Below, piece after piece: positions 1 to 9,800 of a stretch of 20,000 nucleotides of DNA. Where the stretch lies: the NCBI GenBank assembly GCA_965178125.1, contig OZ237758.1:924959-944958 (forward strand), read 5' to 3'. The position numbers were made by a program, and so were the translations under genes. The notes beneath the pieces were generated by a model. That model made no database searches and was not told the DNA's origin. It worked only from the letters and a program-made list of their open reading frames with translations. Position 1 is the stretch's first letter, and each line of letters starts with the position of its first letter. Source of the DNA: Bilabrum cf. latius. Its lineage: Eukaryota.

Positions 1-2
1 AG

Positions 3-2039
3 CGCGCGGCGGCGGTCGCCTCTGAGATTGTGAGGCGGGAGCGGGAGGCGCTGCCCGTGCGGGAGGCGCTGGAGGAGAGGAGGAGGCTGGAGGCAGAGGC
101 TGCCAGGGAGGCGCTGGAGGCAAAGGCACAGGCCAGAGAGGCGGCTGCTGCGGCTGCCTCCTCTTCCTCCTACTCCGCGTCTTCCTCCACTCCATCGGGC
201 GCTGCTGCCGGCGCGGGGGCAGGAGAGGGCACCCACGGAAGCAGCGGTGGGGGTGCAGCTGCTGCTGCTGGCTCTGGCGCTCCCCCCTCGGGCGGTCGGA
301 GGTCGAGGGGGCGGCCGGCGGGGAGCGGTGGAGGGGCCGGGGGCAGGAGGAAGGGCCGAAACGGTGGGCAGGCCGGGGGATAGCAGCAGCAGCAGCAGCA
401 GCGGCAGGTGATGGGAGCTGCAGGTGCAGGCGAAAGTGAAGATGGCCACATGGAGGAACAGGGGCTTGGTAATGCCTCTGGCCAACAACCCATGGAGGGG
501 GGCGATGACGGGGGCAAAGGAGCCCTGGAGGCGCTCAACGACGCCGTGGGTGCCGTGGCGGAGGCGGAGCTCGTGGCGGGCGGGGGTGTGGCGCAGGCCC
601 GTGGGGAGTACAGTGGAGGTGGTGTGACGAGTGAGGTGCGGCAGCCCCCAGCGGTTGAGCCACAGGTGCAAGCACAGCCACAGGCGCAGGCACATGCTCA
701 GCCACAGCCCGGCATGGATGGGGCGCATGGCGAGGGCCCGGTCGAGTCGTCGGAATCGGGTGCTGCACCGGGGCAGGCCCAGGGAACAGACGGGGATTAG
801 GCCCAGGGAACAGGCGGGGATTAGGCCCAGGGAACAGGCGGGGATTAGGCCCAGGGAACAGACGGGGAGCAGACCAGTGGTGAGCCGGCGGCCGGGTCAG
901 GAGCTGCAGTCGCGGGCGGCGATGATTTGGCGGGGCAGCCTGCCCCTGCCCCTTCAGCGGTGCCTGGGCAAGAGGAGCGAGGAGCGGGAGGGCATGGGCG
1001 GGGGGCACAGCGGACTGGGTCTTTGTTGACAGGTGCGGGTGCGGGCGAACAAGGCAAGGAGCAGGAGCAGGGACAGGGGTCCATGGGTGGTGCAGGAGCC
1101 TAGGCAGAGGCGGGCGAGGCACAGCTTGTGGCTGCAGGCCGAGGCCCGGCTGGGTCTGGGCCAGTAGCCGAGAGGACAGTGGTGCCGGCAGCATCTCAGC
1201 CAGCGAGCGCAGGTGCAGTGCACGGTGCAGCAGCAGGGCAGACCTCTCCTATCCAGTAGCAGTAGGAGTAGGAGGGTGATGATGATGGAAATGCCGAGGT
1301 GAAGCATGCGGGGGGGGCTGCGCCTGGCCAGGCCGATGCAATGCAAGAAGAGGTGGCTCCTGTGAGCCAGGGCCAGGCACTCGGTGGGTCAGGACCAGCG
1401 GCTGTCGCTGCATCGCCTGCTCCATCAGCCTAGGCACCTGCATCAGCAGCCTCCACCTCGTCATCCTCGACCGCACAGGCAATGCCTGCACCGCACAGAT
1501 CCGCGCCATCAGTCCAGCCGATCGAACATGCCAGCGGGGAGCAAGAGGGTAGCGGCGCGGGATTGGGACCGGTGGTGCCTCCTACTCTGCCTGGGACACA
1601 GACTGCCATTGGGTATGAAGGGGGGGCGCTGGCACTGGCAGGAACGGGGCAATCGGCAATGAGCGGGAGCAGCAGCAGCAGCAGCAGTGCAGAGGTAGGA
1701 GCAGGAGCGGGGGCGGGCGCGTCGACTGGCGGTTCGTCGCAGCCATCCGGAGCGGGTCCAGTCCTTGGGAGCAAGAGGGCGAGGGGTGACGATGACGATG
1801 ACGGGGCGGGAGGCGGGTCTGGGGAGGGCGCTGAAGGGGCGCCCGAGAGAGGGGGGGGCAGCAGCAGCGGTAGTGGGGGGGCAGGGGCAGCAGTAGGGGG
1901 GGACGCTGCAACGGTGGTACGACTTGGCGGGGCACCCGTCGGCGGCAGTGCAGGAGGGTAGGGGGAGGGCGGCGGTGAGGGCGGCGAGCGGCCTGGCAAG
2001 GTGAGGGTGGTAGACGGCGAGGGAGAGGGGGAAGGGTGA
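3..2039 (+). CDS. 5'-truncated gene encoding a long Ala/Gly/Ser/Gln/Glu-rich low-complexity C-terminal region; function unknown
   Basis: ORFs 30-383, 408-800 and 1482-1961 share one frame that is open from position 3 to TGA 2037-2039. Its only interruptions are 10 TAG codons (381, 798, 822, 846, 1101, 1257, 1263, 1269, 1431, 1959), several within CAG runs. No recognisable domain. Confidence 0.75.
774..872 (+). repeat. Coding 24-bp tandem repeat, about 4 copies (Q-A-Q-G-T-D/G-G-D/E)
   Basis: Unit (C/T)AGGCCCAGGGAACAG(A/G)CGGGGA(T/G) starts at 774, 798, 822 and 846. The first codon is CAG at 774 and 870 but TAG at 798, 822 and 846. Confidence 0.95.
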
Positions 2040-2159
2040 TTCGGTCATTGGCGTTGCGTAAGTGCCCAATGTTGATGCATTGAAACCGCTGGCTAAGTTT
2101 GGTGAATCTACATCTAATACACTATGTTCCCATGACAAACGCGAGCTCGGTTTGCGGCC

Positions 2160-2618
2160 TTACTGCCGCGACAGTGATTCTCGTGCCGCTGCCACTGCCT
2201 ATGAGTCCGCGGCTGGTCCTACGGCGTTGCCTAACTCCTCGTGCTGTTTCATCCACGAGGCATCCGGGTCATCACGAGGAATAAAAGATGGAGAACCAGC
2301 TCGTATCTGTGGCAGCAGATCCATCAAACCCTCCCATCGGTCCTTTCGTCGAGGCTGCTCTCCTGTTCGCAGCCACTTGATGCCACCTGCACCAGCCCCA
2401 GCCACCGTAAGCCTGCAAAATAAATTGTGTAGAAAAGTGCCTCCACGCTTCCGCTAGACGCGGGTACCACGACCAAATACCGAATGATATGCTTGCTAGT
2501 GCCAGACACACTTCACGAGTACGGGACACAGACTCTACCACGTCACTCACGTCACAATAATTGCAGCATAGGCTGGAAATATTTGAATAGCCGTCTTGAA
2601 TGATGGGCCCATCTGCAT
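2160..2618 (-). CDS. Putative NADH:ubiquinone oxidoreductase MWFE/NDUFA1-like small membrane protein; 2 exons (2618-2551, 2412-2160), 106 aa
   Basis: Splicing GTGAGT(2550)...TTTTGCAG(2413) gives MQMGPSFKTAIQIFPAYAAIIVTLTVAGAGAGGIKWLRTGEQPRRKDRWEGLMDLLPQIR...ADS(TAG=Q)AVAAARESLSRQ-TAA. Splice phases match (phase 2). A single N-terminal TM helix followed by G..PR..D.W..LM resembles MWFE subunits from memory. Confidence 0.6.
2413..2550 (-). other. Spliceosomal intron (138 nt) in the MWFE-like gene
   Basis: GTGAGT donor, T-rich tract plus TGCAG acceptor, and the reading frame is restored across the junction. Confidence 0.7.
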
Positions 2619-2752
2619 GATTGGCCGTGCAGCCGAAATGTGGCTTCTGCTGCGACACTATACCAGACAAATTGAGGCTATTGTTGCGTTCGATCAAAGA
2701 GGCGAACAACTGCAACTTCCGCTGTAGCTACGCACTAGACTCAAACAACGCT

Positions 2753-3778
2753 ATGGAGCTGCACTATAGTGCTATAGAAGCCATTCATCCACGTGCATTT
2801 CAGGAAGAAGCTTTGAAAAGGGGTTTGCGATGCGACGGACGCAAGCTACTGGAATGCAGGAGAGTTGGTGTTGAAGTTTTACCCCGGGCAGACTATGGCA
2901 ACTCTGTTCTGGCATCTATTGGATCGACCCAAGTCATTTGTGGCCTAAGAATATCTAGAGTGGACTGTGGCCCTGTGGCCACCCCAAGTCCTGTTGTTCC
3001 GGAGGATGTGCCTGAGCCCATGGAGCCTGATTCAAGCGCTAGGGCTGCACCATCAAGCGAGGCAGCAGCCCACGAAGCGCACTTTGAGGTCCAGTATTCT
3101 GCATTGTGCGGCCAGCATAGTGCTAGGGCCGGTTCGAGCGGCGTTGGAGCAAGCTCAGTAGGAACAAGACAGCCAAGAGAAGCCATGAGGATATCTCGTC
3201 TTCTGCAACGTGTGTTCCAAACAAGCAAATGCCTAGATCTAGCCAAGTTTCCTTCGGTTCCTTCGGATGATGAGGCTTCAGGCACCGCTAAAGCACAAGC
3301 GTGGAAATTGGAAGTAACGTGTATCGTTGTAGTTGACGACGGGGCGACAGACGCCGCGTGTGTAACCGCTGCCGCAGCGTGCTTATCAGCTGTCACTTTT
3401 CCAACTAGCAATGACTCCATTGGCTCCAGCTGTAACCTATTGGGTCGCGTGCCAGTGGCGCTGTCTCTCGCTATCGTCGCCACAAAATCAACCGTAGACG
3501 GCACGTAGCTATTGCCCGATGCAGAAGCTCGGGAAGAGGCTCTTGCCGAGACTGCAGGTTCAGTGGTTGTGGAAGTTAGCGGATCCCAACCATAGATTCT
3601 TGCGATCGATTTTGCTGTGGGCTCTGGATCATTTGCTAGAAGCGCTGAAGCAACTAGTGTGGCGAAAAAAGCAATAACGTTTATTGCAAGTAATGCAGAA
3701 GGTTTGACGTATACTTCCCAAGTCATGTCTGCGATTCGATCTGTAAGAGAGTGTGCTACAGCACGATCACTCTCGTGA
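2753..3778 (+). CDS. RRP43: RNA exosome RNase PH-like subunit, RRP43/EXOSC8-like (RRP42/45 not excluded), 341 aa
   Basis: ATG 2753 gives MELHYSAIEAIHPRAFQEEALKRGLRCDGRKLLECR...GNSVLASIGSTQVICG...WKLEVTCIVVVDDGATDAAC. The second RNase PH domain motif LLPDAEAREEALA (cf. LLVDPTxEEE) lies after TAG 3506. A second TAG is at 3593; the gene ends at TGA 3776-3778. Confidence 0.75.
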
Positions 3779-4427
3779 CAATGAACTATGCTTTGATCGA
3801 TTAGATTCATAGTGACAAAAAACGCTCTTGATCGTGCTCGGACACTATATCACACAATCAGTCAACGTTTGATAAGTCTTTGTAATATTTTTTTGGGCGC
3901 TCCATGATATAATTAATTATACTTTCTGCTAGTTTGTTTCTCATGCGGTGTTTCAAATACTTCTGAACGGAGTGAATTGTAGTCGATGTGCAAGGTGTTT
4001 CAATTCATGATTTTACGTATTTGAGCCCAGGAACAGTTTCAGATCCCAACCACAACCACTAATCGTTTTGGGGCCCGCCCGCCGGCGAGTGTATGCCAAC
4101 TCTCCGTTTACAATAGTAAAAATAAGACTCTTCATATTATTCAGGTCGCAATTTAATTTGATTGTTTACAATTTGCATGCTGGTACTGCGCTAATTTCCG
4201 ATAGAATTCCTAAAGGTACAAGTTTTCCTATCATCTTCTCATGGGCTGAGGCTTTCGACCCGGCTATATCAAATGTCTGCTAGTATCCAATTTGGTCAAA
4301 ATTTCTTAATGATCGTTACTTTTTCTTTGTAGTCGACATGATTACGATGCAATGTATCTTAACTGTGATTCAAATGTTGCAAATTTCAAAATCCCTTTCT
4401 TGCCAAAGGCAAACAAAGGCGTTCATC

Positions 4428-4783
4428 CTTGCGATCGATTTTGCTGTGGGCTCTGGATCATTTGCTGAAGCAACTTATGTGGCGAAAAAAGCAATAACGT
4501 TTATTGCAAGTAATGCAGAAGGTTTGACGTATACTTCCCAAGTCATGTCTGCGATTCGATCTGTAAGAGAGTGTGCTACAGCACGATCACTCTCGTGACA
4601 ATGAACTATCCGGATGCTTTGATCGATTAGATTCAAAGTCACAAAAGACCATCCGAATCGTGAGAGTATGCTCTTAGCAACATAATTACACAATCTGTCT
4701 ACGTTTGATAAGTCTTTGTATTATTTTTGGCGCTCCATGATTTAATTTCTTTCTGCTAGTTTGTTTCGCATGCGGTGTTTCAA
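4428..4783 (+). pseudogene. Direct duplicate of the 3' end and 3' flank of the RRP43-like gene (source 3599-3956)
   Basis: 4478-4609 is identical to 3658-3789 (132 bp). The copy has a 9-bp in-frame deletion near 4465, and its 3' flank is more diverged with indels. The 5' part of the gene is absent. Confidence 0.85.
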
Positions 4784-5143
4784 CTGTTTTAGATCCACGG
4801 TAGTTGAGTTGTGATTCCAATTTGTCAATTTCTTAATCCCTTGCTTGTCGAAATTAGTGTGACGCACTGTTATCACATTATCCCATATTTACAACCGATG
4901 CTCAATTGCATGACATTGCATCGAACATGTCCACGTGTAATTGTGCTACAAGTAAGTGAGACTGCTTCGGCATATTGCAGGCAGATGCAGTACACATGCT
5001 CACCAAACATAGCATGCAGTATGGAACGGGCTTGATCAGCAAAAGGTGATCAAGAGTTACTGACAAGAAATAATATTGATCATTGTATGGCAACATGGAT
5101 ACAGTTAATCTAACTGGAGCATGATAAGAAAAATTGTATAGAT

Positions 5144-6679
5144 TCAATCAATTGCATTCAGAATTGACGTTGTAGTTGTCGCGAAAAGTGAGAACACCCC
5201 AAACAGCATCAGAGCTGCACTCGGTAGAATCTCTTGTAGCACAGTGGAGCATGACGTAGGGGCATCCTCACCCCGCCAAATGACTAGGCGAAGGGCACCT
5301 GGCATAATAAAACCAATGATCGTTGCACTCACCCCTCCTGTAAGCTCTAATACTATTCCTAAATCCTCGACGACCATTGCAATCCCAACAGTTGATGCCC
5401 AAATCAACAGAGATACAGCTACATGAGACCACATGCTCAACTCAAGCTTAGTCCTGACTGCTTGCTAAACTGCAACCCGAGATGGTTCAATATCTTCTGC
5501 AGCAGGTGCTGATGCGCTACTTTCGTCGTCAACAAGGGAGGGTTGGTGACCACCCTGTTCATCCTCCACTTCCATGTAAAGACCAAAAAGAGAGCCAATA
5601 CAATGCCGAACAACGAACACTTCCATTGGATAAGTGAGTATCATAGTAGCTGCATACCCAACACGAGTTAAATTGGCCCACTCGTCGGAGTCCTGATAGT
5701 TGTTAAGTACATTTGCCATTGTGACTCCCCCAAACGTAACATAGCCAACGACACCAAGGCAAATCGAAGCCAGAAATGCAACTATGAGGCTTAGTCGAGC
5801 AGTGTGTCGCCAAAGATCCAACGAAGGCTCGTCAAGACTATGGAAAACCAAAAAGCTGTTATGGTGGCAGACGTATGCAAATGCAAACACTCCTATCGAT
5901 GGTAACGCGTCCTTTCCAAAAAGCACAACGCCATCGCTTTCATCTTGCGCATCAGATGCTGAATCGGTTTCCCCGGCGCCCGTTGCTAAACGAGCGATCG
6001 TAAAAGCCAATATCCATGCGACTGCGGCCAGAGAAATTCCCGAAGACCAAGACAGGGTTGACATGTTTCCAACCATCGAAAGCGGCAAAACAACAACAAA
6101 TGCAACACCCCCTAGAATGACTCGCCGCAACCAGCTAGGAGGATCATCATCGTCTCCTATAGCCCAGTGGGCCACAACTGTGCTCAAGGTATCTGTCATG
6201 ATAATCAGGTACGCGCAGCAAGCACCATAGCCGAATAGGGCGTTGGCAATGTTCACAGTGGCCCACCCATAGTTACCAAACACCCTGCCTGCCAGTGATT
6301 CGTAGTCTTTCTCGTGCAGAAGTACGCCTAGGCGTATGATCAAGGTCACGCCAAAGTACGTCGCAAGCGCGATTCCAAGCAAGAGAATAGTTCCCAGAAC
6401 GATCCCAGCCTCCTACATTGCGAAAGGCAGCCCAATGATCCCGGCACCAATAATTGAGTTAATGAAATTTGAGCTCGCACCAAGCATAGTTGATCCGTTT
6501 TGCTGCTACTAACGCTACTCCGCGCTGTCCTACTGCTTGACAGGGGCAAAGACAGCCGTTTGTTCCTGATGGGTCTGCCCCGCACTGGTGTCCCGACTGG
6601 TGGCACCACCCTCCTCAACCGGCACAGAGGGAGTACTCCTGACACCAGATAGTTCTATTTCTTCCAACTCGTCAGCCAT
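5144..6679 (-). CDS. Amino acid transporter, Aa_trans/SLC38 family (SLC38A11/AVT2-like), 511 aa
   Basis: ATG 6679 to TGA 5146-5144 in one frame with 6 TAGs (6530, 6515, 6509, 6506, 6413, 5465). Motifs NFINSIIGAGIIGLPFAM(Q)EAG, FAFAYVCHHNSFLVF, ILTYPMEVFVVRH and LGIVLELTGG; multiple TM helices. Confidence 0.9.
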
Positions 6680-6836
6680 GATGAGACCTTTGCAGCAGTC
6701 TCAAGATGAGGTGAGATGCCATGGTGGTGGGTTCAATTTGTGGTTCGATTCGGAGTCCACGAGAAATTGGACCATCACGGTACTAGTAGCCGAAGGTGTT
6801 AGATAAGTCCGGCATAGAACCGCGCAGATTCGTTCG

Positions 6837-9800
6837 ATGGCAAGCATTAAGTCTGAGTCTGTCCTCTTCCGAGACAGGGACGTGGCTTTGTCACTTTTAA
6901 CATAGATTGGGAGCACTGCAACGAAGGCAGCTGCCAGGCAAGATGCTGTCGCAAAGCTCGGGGCAACTGTGAGCCGCTAAATTTATCTGTGTTGACTATT
7001 CATGCGCTCTTGCTGATCTGCATACGTTCGTTTGGCGCTGTTGTGCCGGCCGTCGACGCCTGTACTGTTCGAAGCCGTTTCAAACTCGTGGCCGCAGTTT
7101 TCAAAGTACCAGGAACAGCCGGAGCTGCTTGACCCCCATTTGGAAGAGCTGATATCACCATCAATGGAGACGCTCCGTTCAATCCTTGCCACCCGTTACA
7201 GGGAAGCTGCTTCAGCTGCATCCTCTGGCAGCTCGGCCGGCAGCCATCTTCGTCTCAAGCTGCTTCGCGACGATAGAGTCCACGCCATTTGCCGATCTAT
7301 GCACAGCATCTGCAATACCCGCGGCCACAAGGCAGTTGCCAAGTTTATGCCGCATGAAATCGCTGATCTCGAGCCTTGTCTGCACGCACTTTTGTCCTGC
7401 GATCGGGCAGATGCGGACCGCTGGCATACCCCGTATATTCTGCTGCTATGGCTCAGCGTGCTAGTACTTGTTCCATTCGGCTTGGAATCGGCAAACAGCA
7501 GCTTGCTCCCAGCACTGGCCAAGCACGCCGGAGCGGCAGGCAGTGCTGGGCTGCAGGATGTGCTTGGCACAGCTGCCCGTCGGCCGGGGACTGGTGGCCT
7601 GGTGGATGCAATCGAGGCGGCCTGCAGGAGTTTCCTGGCAGATGCCTCCACGGTGAGAGGCGTTGCGGCGCTAGCCATCGCGCGGCTCATGTCCCGCCCC
7701 GACATGGCCGGCGAGAGGATGCGGGCGTTCTGCGATTGGACCGCTACGGCCGTGCGAGTGGCGAGCCAGACTGCCAAGGGGCGAATGCCGGCGGGGTCTG
7801 ACGTGTCGATCGCTGCCGTTGCTGCTGCCGCCTCTCCCGGCGCTGCAGGGGCCTCTGATCCAGACGAGGACGAGGACGGGGGTGGGGGCAGAGCGGACGA
7901 TGCCCGTGGCATGGCTGGCACGGCTCGCGACGGTGGTAGCAGCTCTGCACATGCCGGTGCGGCGCTGGCAGCCAGCGCGGTGTCCCGTGCGTCTTTCTTG
8001 CTGCAGGGTCTGCTTCGGGCTGCCGTATTGGTTGCCAAGCACAGCCACCGTGACGCGCTTATGGAGGGCTCCAGCCTCGTGGGACTCTTCGAGGCGGTCG
8101 TGGAGGCGGCTGGGAGCTAGAGCTCGGGAGATGCCGGCGGGGACGGGGCTGCTTCTGGGTCTGGGTCTGCAGTGGGGGGGCGCAGCAGCTAGGTGTCTGT
8201 GCTCAAGCAGTCCTCCACCTTGCGCAAGCTGCTGGTCAAGCTGGCGTAGCGCACAGCTCTGGCCCAGCTGCCGCCCAGGCTGGTGTCCTGGCGGTACAGC
8301 CGGGGAAAGCGGTCTCTCGTGGAGAACATGGGGTTGCACCGGGAGCAGGACGGCCCCTAGGCGGCCAGTGGTGGCTCGGGGGACGTGGGGCGCGCTGGAG
8401 GGCCTGGCTCCTCGACTGGCGGGCCCCGGGAGGAGCAGGAGGAACCGGATGACGTGCCCGAGGTGGTGGAGGTGATCGTGGACGAGCTGTTGCACGGGCT
8501 TAGAGACAGAGACACGGTCGTGCGCTGGAGTGCGGCAAAAGGCATCGGGCGAATCACGGGGCGGCTGGGCCGCGTGCTGGCGGATGACGTGGTTGCCGCG
8601 GTGCTGGACCTGCTGGTGCCGGAGGAGAGCGATTCCGCGTGGCACGGCGGCTGCCTAGCCATGGCCGAGCTGGCGCGGAGGGGTCTCCTGCTGCCTGGCA
8701 GACTGCCGGATGTCGTCCCGCTCGTGTGCAAAGCACTGCTCTTCGACGTGCGCCGGGGGGCTGCCAGCGTGGGGTCCCACGTGAGAGACGCGGCGTGCTA
8801 TGTGTGCTGGGCATTTGCCAGAGCGTACGAGCCGCAGGTGATGCGTCCTTTCGTTCCGGTGCTGGCCAGGGGCATGCTCCTCACCGCACTCTTCGATCGG
8901 GAAATCAACTGCAGGAGAGCTGCTAGCGCGGCCTACCAGGAGAATGTAGGCAGACAGGGCAGCCAGAACTTCCCGGCCGGCATCGCCATCCTGACTGCCG
9001 CCGACTACTACTCGCTTGGGAATCGCTCGAATGCTTTCTGCCACGTGGCTGGACTCGTGGCTCTGGCCGATCCCACCTTGCTCGACCCCATGATTGCCCA
9101 CTTGCGCGACAACAGGCTGCGACACTGGGATTTCCAAGTGCGCGAGAACGCGGCCGACGCGCTCGCTGCTCTGGGCAGCAGGCACCCGGGTCGGGCGTGC
9201 AAGGACGTGCTCGAGGTCCTGGTCCCGCAAGTGTCCTCCCCGGACCACCTCAGGCGGCACGGCGCGATGCTGGGCGTGGCAAGGGTGCTCGGCTCCCTTG
9301 CCAAGCAGGTACCCGGCTTGCGCATGCATCTCAAGGCGGAGCTGGTCAGCAGCATCCGCATGATCATCCCTAGGGCCGAGCGCGCCAGGGCTTACACTGG
9401 GCGAGGCGGCGAGCGCGTCAGGGAGGCGGCCTGCGAGGTAATCTCAGCCACTCTGCTGGCCGGTGTCCCTTTCTCTCGCAAAGGCGCTCTGCGGATCCTA
9501 TATACCCTGCGCGAGTGCTTGAAGCACCCGCAGGAAAGCGTGCAGCTGGCCGCGCTAGATGCGTTCCGGCTCCTGTCAGCTCGCAACTTTTCGCAGCGCG
9601 GGGACGAGGACGCGCGCACTCGTTTGGCGGGCGTGTTTTCGACAGAGGTCATCGAGCACGAGAACCCGGCTGTGCGGCGCGGCGCAGCCATGGCACTTGG
9701 CAGCCTGCCTCGCAGCACCTACTGCGCCCCGGGTGACTCACCCAAGCCCGCCTAGCCCGCAATGGGCTCCTCTGGCAAGCGCCTGCCTGCGTGGGCGGCG

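Noticed and set aside
2621-2752. N-terminal extension of the exosome subunit from TTG 2621
   Set aside because: Family similarity begins just after ATG 2753, and this stretch is the intergenic region shared with the divergent gene starting at 2618.
4338-4598. 86-aa ORF as an independent gene
   Set aside because: Its C-terminal part is the duplicated RRP43-like tail and its N-terminus is AT-rich flank sequence. It is reported as a duplicated fragment.
8118-8360. TAGs hidden inside small in-frame introns
   Set aside because: Several TAGs lie within conserved motifs that align without gaps, and they lack the flanking GTGAG donors seen in the real introns.
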